This document shows, piece after piece, positions 27,364-38,005 of a stretch of 64,000 bases of DNA (within the stretch, counting starts at the first letter, position 1; each line of letters starts with the position of its first letter). The position numbers were made by a program, and so were the translations under genes. Below the pieces are notes generated by a model. That model was not told where the DNA came from and searched no databases. It saw only the letters and a list, made by a program, of their open reading frames with translations. The DNA comes from a virus: the IMG/VR virus record IMGVR_UViG_3300031965_000001, positions 7,267 to 71,266 of that record; one strand, written 5' to 3'.

Positions 27364-28038
27364 CTACGCCTTGAATCCACTCCAAAAATTCACAGAAAAC
27401 CTCCAGTCTGCTGGGTTTTTACTTTTCACCTTTACATTTTCAACGCTATGTAAGAAATGAGACGGGAAAAATACTATTCTATTATGCTTAGGAACCACCT
27501 TTTCTATCCTTTTCCCAAACTTAAACATAATAGATCCGCCTGTAAACTGCTCAGGGATAGTGTTTGCATAATATACAGCAGTAATGACCCTACCTGCTAT
27601 ATTCGTTCCTATTGCATCCGTATGCCATCCATAAAAATCACACTTACCATATCTGCTTAAAATCATCTCACTGTGGGTTGTCCTATAAATAACAGAAAGG
27701 AGTGTGTCCCCCATCTCTTTTTTGAGGATCTTATCTTGATATGTGACTTCTTCCAGTTTTTTTATTATGAATGATTTGTGCCTATCTCCAGTACCTTTCC
27801 CATATAATTCCTCTAAATATACAACATCATTTTTTCTCATCTTATTATTTAATACTCCTTTATCACCATCCATCACTTTTGCTGGTTCATAGAATGGTGC
27901 AAGATAAACACACTCATCTAGCACTGCCTGAGAATCTTTTTCGGGTAAAAAATTATCGACAATCAAAATAGGGGCACCGTCCATCCACTGAAATTCCATC
28001 GTATTCGCCTCTGATTCTTTCTTTTTTGGCACAGGCAA
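27364..28038 (-). CDS. 2OG-Fe(II) oxygenase, prolyl-4-hydroxylase-like
   Basis: YGWHTD (HxD), FTGG, PKHNRIVFF, HSV, RFSVNFW. Confidence 0.88.
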   Translation of the reverse strand: MPVPKKKESEANTMEFQWMDGAPILIVDNFLPEKDSQAVLDECVYLAPFYEPAKVMDGDKGVLNNKMRKNDVVYLEELYGKGTGDRHKSFIIKKLEEVTYQDKILKKEMGDTLLSVIYRTTHSEMILSRYGKCDFYGWHTDAIGTNIAGRVITAVYYANTIPEQFTGGSIMFKFGKRIEKVVPKHNRIVFFPSHFLHSVENVKVKSKNPADWRFSVNFWSGFKA

Positions 28039-28062
28039 ATCCTATCACTTAAAATATATAGG

Positions 28063-29385
28063 TCAAGCTCGTTCCAGAGAATATACCCTCCTCACAGTCT
28101 CCGCTATCGTATTAAGAACATCTTTCCTTGTTACAGCCCTATCAGAAAGAGATATTCTTACATTCTCCACCTGTTTATCTTGCCGAACCTCCGACATTTT
28201 TGATGTCACTCTGAATGGCAAATTCAATGAATAAAAGCCCCTATCTATTTTTACGCCAACAATATCTCCAACTTCGTATAAATTACTGGATATTCTCTCT
28301 TCGATTGGAACTAACTCTGGTATTTCTATTGGGCTGTCTAACTTTTCAAGGATAATCTCTGTTTCCTGATCGAGCGTGGATTGGTCATTTGCGTCTCCAA
28401 TGGATTCTACCCTCTCCAAAAGACCAAATGTGTCAATACTGTCCTGTGTGGTCTTTGTAGACGTTAGGCTGGTCGTAGTACCCTTTATGGAATTAAACAG
28501 CTCAGAACCGTCGTAGACCACATTTATGTCTTCTACATTGGTCTCATTTGGCTTATTGTCCAATAATTTGAAAGTGACTTCTCCGTTACTTTTATCCGAC
28601 CCCCTCGCAACCACCATTTTTGCTACCCCTCCGAAATCTATGAAAAATTCACTCCCCACTGATTGTGCCACCGTCCTCAGAGCAGATAACGCTGTCTGAT
28701 CCTGAAAATCGAAACCTCTCTGCGCCCTGATAAAACTTATGTCTCCCGTGCCATTATCTTGTATATTTATGACAGAACCGCCTGATGTTAGTGAAAGCTG
28801 AAATGTGTCTGTTGTTTCATTCACAACAAAATAAATCTGATGTTCTACTAATGGGAATGGAACAGATTCTGTAGATACAATAACAATCTGTTCGTTACCC
28901 AAAAACCCGTGCCCCTCTGATGTAAATGTATCAGTTGATTCATCTGGAACTGTCGGAACACCAACGCCTCCGAACTCGAATGTCCCAGCGGTTATCCCCG
29001 TATCATCTTCGTCATTGATAACATCAAAAATATCTTGAAATATCTCATTGGCTGCTTGTTCTGAATACTCTTTTGTTATCAGCCTCTTTTCTAAAATTCC
29101 CTCAAGTCCCAGACATCTAATCGTTACATCCGTTGATTGCATACTCCATAGGTTCAGATAGCCCTCCCATTTTGTATCCTCTCCGTGCTTTATGCGAACC
29201 CTGTTCATTACCTCTATGTTTTCTCTCGTTAATTCTGGTCTCGTATATGGGATAACGACCTCCGCAGTGTTTCCTTTGTCTATGCTTATTTCATAATTCA
29301 TAGAGCCGAACGCCTTGATTTTTGTCAGGATATTGCTGAATGTTCTATCCCAAATTTCAAGATGATATTCTATAGGAGCTGTCAT
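28063..29385 (-). CDS. Siphovirus baseplate hub/minor tail protein
   Basis: Follows Dit; LKIVAQSVGSEFFID-like segment, FGLLERV, VGDIV. Confidence 0.7.
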   Translation of the reverse strand: MTAPIEYHLEIWDRTFSNILTKIKAFGSMNYEISIDKGNTAEVVIPYTRPELTRENIEVMNRVRIKHGEDTKWEGYLNLWSMQSTDVTIRCLGLEGILEKRLITKEYSEQAANEIFQDIFDVINDEDDTGITAGTFEFGGVGVPTVPDESTDTFTSEGHGFLGNEQIVIVSTESVPFPLVEHQIYFVVNETTDTFQLSLTSGGSVINIQDNGTGDISFIRAQRGFDFQDQTALSALRTVAQSVGSEFFIDFGGVAKMVVARGSDKSNGEVTFKLLDNKPNETNVEDINVVYDGSELFNSIKGTTTSLTSTKTTQDSIDTFGLLERVESIGDANDQSTLDQETEIILEKLDSPIEIPELVPIEERISSNLYEVGDIVGVKIDRGFYSLNLPFRVTSKMSEVRQDKQVENVRISLSDRAVTRKDVLNTIAETVRRVYSLERA

Positions 29386-30167
29386 GTTTTACATTTTACA
29401 CCAATAGAGTTTTTTTTCATAAATTCCTTCATGGTTAGTTTCTGTTTTTTGGAATTGCAACTCAGACAAATAATTTGAGTATTGTCAAGGGTCATTGGAA
29501 CTGATGTCAAATCATTATTTTTTCTATCCCACGATGCAGTAGATGCCTTACTATGTCCATCAATATATACCAAATCTTTTTTGCACAAAAAACATGTTTT
29601 TGTTCCCGACGCTAAAGATTCTAATTCTTTTCTTGATACAGAAATCCTAAAACCACTTCTCTTATGATTCTGGATTGTTCTGCCAGCCCATACCCTGTAT
29701 GGATACTTTTTATTATACATTTCTTTCCATATTTTAAGTCTAATCTTATTGCCCCTCCTCCAATCTCTCTGTTTTTTAGAAAAAACTTCTTGGTTATTAT
29801 CACGCCATCTTTTAGTTGAAACATAGCTTTTTTCCTTATTATTATAATAATAATTCTTGCGATTCTCTCTAATTTTAGACTTATTATTTTCATAGTATTT
29901 TGCTCCATAAGAACGCACTTTGCATTTATTTTTTCTCTTCCATTCTATACTTTTTCTATTTAGCTTATCCTTATTATTTCTATAATAGATCTTGCGAGTT
30001 TTTATTACTTTTTCCTTATTATTCATGCGATAAATTTTTTGTTTTACTGACCTACACGCCTTACATTGCCCGTTATATTGTTTCTCACCATTGTGTATTC
30101 TTTTCACATAAAAATCACCAATAAATTTAACCTCACAACACTCCGAACATTTCTTCCGTTCTTCCAT
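29382..30167 (-). CDS. HNH-type endonuclease with N-terminal Zn finger and basic repeats
   Basis: CSECC...CKAC; CFLC...SWDRKNN...NTQIICLSCNSKK. Confidence 0.75.
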   Translation of the reverse strand: MEERKKCSECCEVKFIGDFYVKRIHNGEKQYNGQCKACRSVKQKIYRMNNKEKVIKTRKIYYRNNKDKLNRKSIEWKRKNKCKVRSYGAKYYENNKSKIRENRKNYYYNNKEKSYVSTKRWRDNNQEVFSKKQRDWRRGNKIRLKIWKEMYNKKYPYRVWAGRTIQNHKRSGFRISVSRKELESLASGTKTCFLCKKDLVYIDGHSKASTASWDRKNNDLTSVPMTLDNTQIICLSCNSKKQKLTMKEFMKKNSIGVKCKT

Positions 30168-30181
30168 GTCCTAATAATAAT

Positions 30182-31114
30182 CTATCTGGGCGCAGAAATC
30201 CATGTGTCCCTATATGATAAAGTGGCAGATGGAATCCCTGACATAGAAGTAACCCTCAGCGTGTCTGTGCTTCTTGGTGAAATATATATCCAACTGCTCA
30301 ATTCTGTCTCAAATTTCAATACGCTATTCCCATCTTGGTCTACTGCCGTCCCCTGAAGGGTATCGACCGTTATAGTATCCCCAGGATCCATCTCCATATT
30401 AAATTCTTGATACGTTCCCCTAGTCTCATTTGTTATCCTAGGACTTTGAACTGTCCCTGACCCAACATTTTCAATGGTATATTCGACTGGGGCTGACCAG
30501 TTTCCGTCTGAGATTGCTGTCTCATCATTTAGATAGCCACTAGCCCCAAACATAATTGGAAAGAAATTTGGAAATCCCGAAGCGAGAACGGCCTTATCTA
30601 GTGATAATGTTTTTTGAATAGTGGAATAGATTCTCGGGTCTTCACACCTGAACTGCACCTGAAAACTATACTTCTTCCTTGCCTGCAATTCTCTTTCAAC
30701 AAGAGAAAGGCTATGAATCTTTGCATTGACGAATTTCGATGGCTCCCCTGGTTTCGAGAATGTCAAGGGTGCATAACCATTATTCGACGGCGTGGGGATG
30801 TCTGCAACATTCCAGTAGAAATTTAAGTCCTCCATTAATTCAAGGGTCTCATTTTCATTGGCACCATATAAAATACCCTCTAGGGTAATGAGCCTAGACC
30901 CAATATAGCTAAGATGATCAACAATCCCATGATTCCCGATAATGACAGATTCACTATGCCTAATTTCTGGAGACGTAAATCCTGTTACCTTGTGAACTGC
31001 GATTATTTTTTTGCTCCTACTTGTATTACAATCTGAAACGCCCCCCAGAAGATCATCTGGGCTTCCAAAGATATTTATCGTATAGCCATTGTAGGTGTAT
31101 TCGTAACTCTGCAT
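30182..31114 (-). CDS. Distal tail protein (Dit)
   Basis: Directly after TMP; GSRLITLEG, FRCEDPRIYS, PGDTITVDT. Confidence 0.8.
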   Translation of the reverse strand: MQSYEYTYNGYTINIFGSPDDLLGGVSDCNTSRSKKIIAVHKVTGFTSPEIRHSESVIIGNHGIVDHLSYIGSRLITLEGILYGANENETLELMEDLNFYWNVADIPTPSNNGYAPLTFSKPGEPSKFVNAKIHSLSLVERELQARKKYSFQVQFRCEDPRIYSTIQKTLSLDKAVLASGFPNFFPIMFGASGYLNDETAISDGNWSAPVEYTIENVGSGTVQSPRITNETRGTYQEFNMEMDPGDTITVDTLQGTAVDQDGNSVLKFETELSSWIYISPRSTDTLRVTSMSGIPSATLSYRDTWISAPR

Positions 31115-34100
31115 TTAAGAAAGGAGCCTGTTAGAAAGAGAGTACCCCAGATATTCTGCGAGTGATCGCATATCAATTGACTCTTTAATTGTGTTCGTCA
31201 TATTGATCTTAATATCATTAGACTTGTGAACGCTGCTAGAAACTGCCCCAGCCAAGCCACCAGATGAAAATGATGGAACTGATCCAGATTTTCTGATGGA
31301 TTCCAACCACGATATGACACCTGGCATACCCCTGTTCATCCATTTGGGAATAATGTATTCATCTTTGTGGACAATACCTGCTGGCTGAAATTTCCCACCG
31401 CTTCCAGTATATCCACCACCAGCAAATGATTTGAAAATATTGGCGACTCTCGCCCATCCACCTTCAGAATTACTAGGAACATCCCCAGTCGGCTGTTGTG
31501 CGCCACCGCCTCCGCCTGCCTGTGCGGCTGCTAATGCCTGATATTTTAGAATCAAGGCATCAATCGCCTCTCCTATTTTTTGCATTCTGGTAGTCTCTGC
31601 CTCTTGGAATTGCTGCCCCCTTGTTTCCATGTTGTCATGCGTAACCTGAAATTGGGTATCAAGGTTTCTAAGATTTTCTATAGCAGCTGATTGTTTCTTT
31701 CTATCTTCCTCCATAGCAGTAATCGAAGCCTCTATAGTTCTCCTCTGCTCTTCGGTTAACCTTTCATCGTTATCCTCAAGGAATTGTCTTTGCGCCCCTT
31801 CAGATATAACCCGCTTCAGATTTTCTTCAGCAAGGGCAATCTCCTTTTCTCTATCTATCTTATTTTTCATATTGCCTTCTTCATCGTTAAATCTTCGGGC
31901 TAATGTAACTGCCTGCTGTGCAGCGATGTAATTATTTACATCGTCAACCCCTGCCTGTGCAATGTTCCTTTTAAATTCTTCTTCTTCCACCGCCCTCCTT
32001 TTCTCTTCTTCTGCTCTTTCAGTTGGACTAAGACCCTCAAGAAACTGTTTATCCTCATATCCTTTTGCAAATGCAGATTGCGGTGTCGTCCCAGTTCTCC
32101 TAGCTTCTGACTCCTTTATCCGTTTGATCGAAGCCTCTATTGACAAATATTTTCGATTCATCTCATGAAGTTTCGCTATTTGTTTTGCCGATTTATCAGA
32201 AATAGCGTCAAGTTCTGTTCTCTGGATTCCAAGGCTCGTAAGTTGTTCCTCTAATAATTTCAGCTCCTTTGATCTATCTGGGACATTGGAAATGTTATTC
32301 GCTGTCTCTATCATTTTGTTCGTTTCTTCAACAGTTTTCATGTCCTGATCCCTCTGCTTCTGATCTTCTGGACTAAAGCCTCCTTCTGGAGCCTCTTCCT
32401 TTAGCCTTTTATCTGCGTCCATTCTTATTTGAACCAATTCATCAACGTGATCCTTTTCTATCTGGGCTATCTCATCATTGATGTCATCAATATCATTCAA
32501 AAATTCCTCCTTCATATCCCTGAAACTTTGCAATACATCATCTACAACCTGTGTGCTTTCCCTGAAAGAATCATTGAGCTTTTCAAGATTCTCATTCATT
32601 TTTTCTAAATCTTTCGCCAATTCTTCTAATTTCCACCCTTCAAATGTGTCCCCTGCTGCCCTTTTTATTCTTCCCAATAACAGAAGCTCTTTCTCAGTGA
32701 TAGTATTGAGTTTCTTCTTATCCTCAAGAATCTTTTCTTGGCTGGAAACATATTCTTTTCTGTATTCTTCTATTTTCTTCGTTGTTTCATCAATCTGTCT
32801 TTGGAGTTCTTTTTGCGCTTCTGATTCCTTAGATGTACCGCCTCCGCCACCAATATCCTCAATTGATTTTTCAAGTTCTTCTAACATTTTTGCAAACTGA
32901 TTATCCTTTAACTGGTCTTCTATGCCCATGGCTGCCCAAACCCCAGTTACAGCACCACCCACATTCTTTGCATATTCTGCGCCGTGCTCTTTTCCAGCGG
33001 CACCAAACCAAGGCTTTGCCTTTGCTATTTCAAGAAGCGCACTAGATGTCAGAGCACCAGAAGCAGCGGCTGCTGCATCAGATTCCGAGATCATTCCCAG
33101 TGCCAAAAGACTAGTAGCCAGTCTGCCAGCATCTTCATATCGTATGGCGTTCGCAGCATTGGAGATAAACCATTCATCTGTTATCACCTGTCCTGCATCC
33201 CTCAATTTTGAGATGGCCTCTGTTGATGTCATGCCCTCAGACATTAATATTGTTATAGCCTTGCCTATGTCTCCAGCTGCTGCCTCCATCCTTGCCACTT
33301 GAAAAATGGTTTCAGATGCTGCTTTTTCTGTAACCTTTGGAAGTTTCAAAAATCCCTTCCTAACTAATTCCAAAAACTCATCAGATGTTTCAGACATATT
33401 TTCATTAGCGGTCTTCACCTGCTTTGCGACTTCAATATATTGATCAACAAAATTTCCCATAGTCTCTCTTCCTTTTGAGCTGACCTCGCTAACAACCTGC
33501 CCATATTCCTGAGATCCAACGGACATATTCTTTATTTCTTCTCTTATTTTCTCTCCGCTTTGCCCTGTAGATTCAGCCAACTGAATGAGGCTTTCTTTCG
33601 ATTTCCTTGCCTCTTCTGCCAATAATTTCAGGTCTTCCCTAGCAAAAGGCAAATTAAATAGTGGATCTTTTCCTTTCAGCGCTCTCCCCACACCACCCCT
33701 CTCGGCCCCAATTTCCCCAGCCATATCTGATGTCCTATCCATCGAATTCAGAACGTCAGACCCAGCACCTCCAAACTCAGATAAATTAGAAAAATCTTCT
33801 CTGAAATTCCTCAGTCTTTCCATTTGGGCATTTAGATTTTTCACATGCCTGACTACCAATGCTAGAGATATAACAGCAGCTGCCACCCATGTCATTGGGT
33901 TCACTAGAAGGGCGGAGACCATCCCCTTAGCAGCTAATGCCGCACCTTTCAGAGATGCCCCAAGTCCCACGGCAGCAGTATTTGACGCCAATATTGCGCT
34001 ATTCATTGTCACAAATTTGCCAGTGGTCTTATCTACAAGGTTGCCAGCCTTACTAATTTCGACTCCCATAGCTGCCATCCTTTGATTTATCGCAGTTCCG

Positions 34101-35575
34101 ACTATTGCAGCAGAAGACCCAGCCCCTGCTGCCTTTGATGCTGCTATGGCCGCCTTTATTCTTCCTGTGTCAGACATGATTGATGTAAGGGCAACGCCCG
34201 AAAACATTGATCTGCTAGCCGCCAATACAGTAAGTGCCTTCATATCACCAGCTAGAGCAGCTATAACCAATCTCAAACCCCCAAGTGCGGCTGCTACCTT
34301 ATTTATGCCGATTACAACAGCGACACCAAAAAGAACGTGCCTAAAATCAACTGCTATTTTTATAGTTCCAAGCATTATTTTCCCTAAAAATGCAATGGTC
34401 TTCCCAAGCGCCTCGACACTCCTAACAAAATCCGTACTTGTAAAAATCTTCGACATCTCCAATGAGAATTTCCTAATCATTGGAAGGAATTGTTTTGCGA
34501 ATGAATCTGAGATAAAGCTAAGGGCTGCCCCTAGAATTTTAACGCCAGACTGTGTTGATTCAAGCTGCCTCTCAAATTCTTGCTGAATAGATGTCCCTTT
34601 CATAAATCCTTTCCCAGATAGTTCTAATGTATTCGTCAGTGATTGAAGCCCCTTGTCTCCAGACAGCTGAAGCATCGTTTGGATGACACGAACACCGCTC
34701 AAATTTAATTCCTTTAGGAATGTGGTAGCCCCGTCCCCCTTCTTGTTCAGTTCCTCAAGAAAAACCTGAAGACCCAAAACTGGGCTTCTCTCAAATGCCT
34801 CTTTGAATTTTTGCCCAGCTGGACCCAATTTATTAACAAACTTATCCATGTCTTTGCTGGCATCAATGAAGAATCTGTTTATAGCAGTAGACCCCAACTC
34901 TGCTGTTGATCCCACCTCTGTTAGAGACGCACCTAGCGCTGCTACTTGCGCTGCCGTTCCACCCATAACAACACCAGTGGCTCCAATCCTCCTTGTAAAC
35001 TCTGAAATATCATCGGCACCAGCTGCCGTGTTATTCGAAAGTTCGTTAAATGCAGATAGGAGCCTCTCAGTATCATCGACACCAAGATTCAAAACATTCA
35101 AAAGTTTTGCTACTTTTGTGGCAGCCTCCTCTGAGCTACCAGCCATTTCTGGCATCGCAACTCTCGATTTTGCTATGAGTTCCGTAAATTTTTCAAGAGC
35201 CTTTATGCCCTGCTCCCCCTTGCCAGCCTTTGTGAATATTCCCAATCGACCAGCCACAACCGATATTTCTGCAAGTTCTTTTTTGGCTATTCCCGTTTTG
35301 ACTGATAGATCTTTGAACGTATCACCCATTCTATTCACCTCCTCTATGGTTGCACCCGTTGTTTTTCTGACATTATACAATTCTGCCTCGAATGTTACTG
35401 CGTCCTTGATAACTTTTCCGAATAATGCGACAGAGGCTGTTGCTGCTGCAAATTTAAGGTAGCTGGATTTCATAGTGCCAAATCCTCGGTGTATTCTGGA
35501 CATGCTACGAAATAGCTCTGAATCTTGGGCTTGGAACCTAATCGTAGCTCTAGCCATTGTAGCCGATACCGCCAT
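31115..35575 (-). CDS. Tape measure protein
   Basis: 1486 aa, helical; TP901-type core (VRKTTG, LSNNTAAG, AELGSTAINRF). Confidence 0.93.
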   Translation of the reverse strand: MAVSATMARATIRFQAQDSELFRSMSRIHRGFGTMKSSYLKFAAATASVALFGKVIKDAVTFEAELYNVRKTTGATIEEVNRMGDTFKDLSVKTGIAKKELAEISVVAGRLGIFTKAGKGEQGIKALEKFTELIAKSRVAMPEMAGSSEEAATKVAKLLNVLNLGVDDTERLLSAFNELSNNTAAGADDISEFTRRIGATGVVMGGTAAQVAALGASLTEVGSTAELGSTAINRFFIDASKDMDKFVNKLGPAGQKFKEAFERSPVLGLQVFLEELNKKGDGATTFLKELNLSGVRVIQTMLQLSGDKGLQSLTNTLELSGKGFMKGTSIQQEFERQLESTQSGVKILGAALSFISDSFAKQFLPMIRKFSLEMSKIFTSTDFVRSVEALGKTIAFLGKIMLGTIKIAVDFRHVLFGVAVVIGINKVAAALGGLRLVIAALAGDMKALTVLAASRSMFSGVALTSIMSDTGRIKAAIAASKAAGAGSSAAIVGTAINQRMAAMGVEISKAGNLVDKTTGKFVTMNSAILASNTAAVGLGASLKGAALAAKGMVSALLVNPMTWVAAAVISLALVVRHVKNLNAQMERLRNFREDFSNLSEFGGAGSDVLNSMDRTSDMAGEIGAERGGVGRALKGKDPLFNLPFAREDLKLLAEEARKSKESLIQLAESTGQSGEKIREEIKNMSVGSQEYGQVVSEVSSKGRETMGNFVDQYIEVAKQVKTANENMSETSDEFLELVRKGFLKLPKVTEKAASETIFQVARMEAAAGDIGKAITILMSEGMTSTEAISKLRDAGQVITDEWFISNAANAIRYEDAGRLATSLLALGMISESDAAAAASGALTSSALLEIAKAKPWFGAAGKEHGAEYAKNVGGAVTGVWAAMGIEDQLKDNQFAKMLEELEKSIEDIGGGGGTSKESEAQKELQRQIDETTKKIEEYRKEYVSSQEKILEDKKKLNTITEKELLLLGRIKRAAGDTFEGWKLEELAKDLEKMNENLEKLNDSFRESTQVVDDVLQSFRDMKEEFLNDIDDINDEIAQIEKDHVDELVQIRMDADKRLKEEAPEGGFSPEDQKQRDQDMKTVEETNKMIETANNISNVPDRSKELKLLEEQLTSLGIQRTELDAISDKSAKQIAKLHEMNRKYLSIEASIKRIKESEARRTGTTPQSAFAKGYEDKQFLEGLSPTERAEEEKRRAVEEEEFKRNIAQAGVDDVNNYIAAQQAVTLARRFNDEEGNMKNKIDREKEIALAEENLKRVISEGAQRQFLEDNDERLTEEQRRTIEASITAMEEDRKKQSAAIENLRNLDTQFQVTHDNMETRGQQFQEAETTRMQKIGEAIDALILKYQALAAAQAGGGGGAQQPTGDVPSNSEGGWARVANIFKSFAGGGYTGSGGKFQPAGIVHKDEYIIPKWMNRGMPGVISWLESIRKSGSVPSFSSGGLAGAVSSSVHKSNDIKINMTNTIKESIDMRSLAEYLGYSLSNRLLS

Positions 35576-35688
35576 CTTAAATTAATGGGAAAATCATCGG
35601 CTGTATTTTACAATAGAAATATAGTATTGACAATTGCCAAATACCCCCTTGACACAAAATGTCTTGGGGGTAGGCTGTCATTAACGAG

Positions 35689-36351
35689 ATGACGAATCAA
35701 ATAATAAACCATCGGCTGTGCAGTGTCAAGGGATGCGGAATAAACCACAGCTCACGGGGGTATTGCAAAAGCCATGCTCGAAGATTTAGAAAATACGGAG
35801 ATCCCCTTGCTGAATCAGAAAAATCAAGAAAATATAAAAGAAATAACTATATCAAGGATGGGATTGGTTTTATCCAGCTTACACATGGCAAATATACTAT
35901 GGTTGATATTGAGGATTTTGAGGAAATGTCGAAGTATAAATGGTGTTATTGCAAACCAAAAAATAAGAGAACTGGTTATGCCAATAGGCAAGTAGGCGGA
36001 AGGAATAATGTAAAAACCATAATTATGCACAGAGAAATAATAAAAGCTGGTCCAAGAATTTCTGTGGACCACATTTCGCACGACGGCCTTGACAACAGAA
36101 AAAGAAACATCAGGAAATGTACTGCCTCTGAAAATGCATGTAATTCAAGAAAGAGAAGAGGGAATACATCGTCTAAATATAAAGGAGTGTGTTGGCACAA
36201 AGCCTCTAATAAATGGATGGCATATATAAACTTTAACAAAAAACGAGAATACCTCGGTCTTTTCACCTATGAAGAATATGCAGCTAGGGCTTACGATATA
36301 AAGGCGAAAGAGATATTTGGCAAATTCGCTTTTCTCAACTTTCCCCAATAA
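35689..36351 (+). CDS. HNH-AP2 homing endonuclease
   Basis: VDHISHDGLDNRKRNIRKCT; AP2 SSKYKGV.W...AARAYD...FGKFAFLNF. Confidence 0.9.
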   Translation: MTNQIINHRLCSVKGCGINHSSRGYCKSHARRFRKYGDPLAESEKSRKYKRNNYIKDGIGFIQLTHGKYTMVDIEDFEEMSKYKWCYCKPKNKRTGYANRQVGGRNNVKTIIMHREIIKAGPRISVDHISHDGLDNRKRNIRKCTASENACNSRKRRGNTSSKYKGVCWHKASNKWMAYINFNKKREYLGLFTYEEYAARAYDIKAKEIFGKFAFLNFPQ

Positions 36352-36368
36352 AACAATAGAAAACAACA

Positions 36369-36757
36369 CTATTCCTTCTTTTTCTTCACTGGCTTTTGTA
36401 CTTTTGTCCTCATTCCAAGACCAGCAATTACATTGTCATCTGCGAACCATTTTTCTGATTTCTTATCTTTCTTTGTTCTCATTTCAAGAAGGTTTTGTCC
36501 AAATGTTTTCGGTGGTTGAACCTCCTTCGACATTCCTGCCGCATAGAGGTGCATGACCAGATTCGCCAATTGAAGATTATTGTTGTAATTCTGCATTATA
36601 CACAATTCAAATGTTGATCTGACCCAAACAAACGACTTATTGAGAATATATTCGTCAGTGTACCCACAGCCCATCCTGATGGTATTTATCATCTCAAGGA
36701 GGGCATCTGGCTCTATGGACGCTATTCGTTCATCACTGCCATTATTTTCTCCACTTC
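36369..36757 (-). CDS. Tail assembly chaperone, frameshift extension (gpT/GT)
   Basis: The -1 frame from the slippery site is open through RSGENNGSDERIASIEPDALLE into MINTIR at 36692. Confidence 0.8.
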
Positions 36758-37210
36758 TAAAAAAACCCCCTTAAAATCCTCGGTATGCACGAACGCCCTG
36801 ATCAGACGTAACATGCCTAAAATAGAAAAGTTCTCCTTCGTGAATTTTTCATCCTTTCTCATTATCATAGAAAGGAGGGTGATTATCTCATCTTCATCAA
36901 GGGTAGAGACAAATTCATAAACAATGTTGGACCACATTTCATTCGCTGTGCTATTAGGATCTTCTTTCGCCTTTTGGAATGCCTCAGTCTGAAATAATCT
37001 TGAGTAATTCTTCGCTATAAATTTACTAACAAATAGGGCAGTCTTCGGACTCATTGGCTCCAGTTTTATTTCCTCTTTTCCAAATTGGACAACGCAGAGA
37101 GGGTCTGGCATCAAAACATCCTCAGCCTTCATATCAATGCCGCTCTTTTCTGGTTCCTTCTTCTCTACCTCGTCAACATCTTCCTTAGTTTTTTTCTTCT
37201 TATCAGCCAT
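36722..37210 (-). CDS. Tail assembly chaperone (gpG)
   Basis: Between tail tube and TMP, with the slippery site near its end. Confidence 0.82.
   Translation of the reverse strand: MADKKKKTKEDVDEVEKKEPEKSGIDMKAEDVLMPDPLCVVQFGKEEIKLEPMSPKTALFVSKFIAKNYSRLFQTEAFQKAKEDPNSTANEMWSNIVYEFVSTLDEDEIITLLSMIMRKDEKFTKENFSILGMLRLIRAFVHTEDFKGVFLEVEKIMAVMNE
36758..36764 (-). promoter_or_regulatory. Programmed -1 ribosomal frameshift site
   Basis: T TTT TTA heptamer in frame (GGG GTT TTT TTA). Confidence 0.8.
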
Positions 37211-37278
37211 GTAAAATAATTGGAATTAATATATATGGTTAAATTTTACATGTTAAAAACAAAAAGTAAAGCACAAAA

Positions 37279-37300
37279 AATAGGGGATTTCTCCCCTATT
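37279..37300 (-). terminator. Rho-independent terminator after the tail tube gene
   Basis: AATAGGGGA-TTTC-TCCCCTATT plus T-run on the minus strand. Confidence 0.7.
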
Positions 37301-37321
37301 TCTATAGAACGATCACAGTTC

Positions 37322-37975
37322 TTACGATGGCGGATTCTGGCGGAGAACAATACCGAACTCCTCACCTTCATCCTTGCTAGGATCAGGCAAAAGCCTAAAC
37401 GTAACAGGCAAAACGGTTTTTTCACCTTTCACAAAGGCGTGAGAAGATTCACTACCATCGACCTGAGCGATCCAGAAAATATACGCTCGAACCCTTGCCT
37501 CACCAGCCGCACAATCTTCAGCCTCATCAACGATGAGTGCGATCATGCGCTCTGGAAGACAGGTCGGAGCACCAAATCCAAGCCTTCGCTCGTCTGGATA
37601 CCCAGAGGGTACGGTTGTTATAGTCGTGATAGAGGATGCACCGATCCACGCAATCTGGAGATTCTCCAGTGTGGTTTCGGCAAGTTCCGTGCTAAGAGAC
37701 ATGCTCCAGCTCGTAACTTCCTCATCAAAAACGCCAGCAAGCTGGTCAACCATGATCTCATTCTTTTCGTAAGAACGAGAAATGGCAGCACCACCTTCTG
37801 TGGCACCGAAATCGTTCCATCCTGACTGCGCTGCATACGGAGAGGTACCGACGTTTACGATATCAGAGATATCAGTAGGAACGGCTGTTCCGCTGTCTGC
37901 ATAGAGCAGACGACCAGCACCTCCGAAGATATTATCTCTCGATATAATCTTCTTACCGCTTCTGTAAACTGGCAT
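37322..37975 (-). CDS. Major tail (tube) protein
   Basis: GAGRLLY, DFGATEGG, LSTELAETTLENL, LPVTFRLL; position. Confidence 0.85.
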   Translation of the reverse strand: MPVYRSGKKIISRDNIFGGAGRLLYADSGTAVPTDISDIVNVGTSPYAAQSGWNDFGATEGGAAISRSYEKNEIMVDQLAGVFDEEVTSWSMSLSTELAETTLENLQIAWIGASSITTITTVPSGYPDERRLGFGAPTCLPERMIALIVDEAEDCAAGEARVRAYIFWIAQVDGSESSHAFVKGEKTVLPVTFRLLPDPSKDEGEEFGIVLRQNPPS

Positions 37976-38005
37976 AGTAACGAATGGAAAAACGATTAAA
38001 AATCC

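Noticed and set aside
27364-28038. TET/JBP-type DNA base oxidase
   Set aside because: Motifs and tail-module position fit the P4H-like class; no C5-methyltransferase is adjacent.
35595-35719. 10-bp direct repeat CATCGGCTGT
   Set aside because: One copy is inside the HNH coding start, nothing mobile lies between, and chance is plausible.
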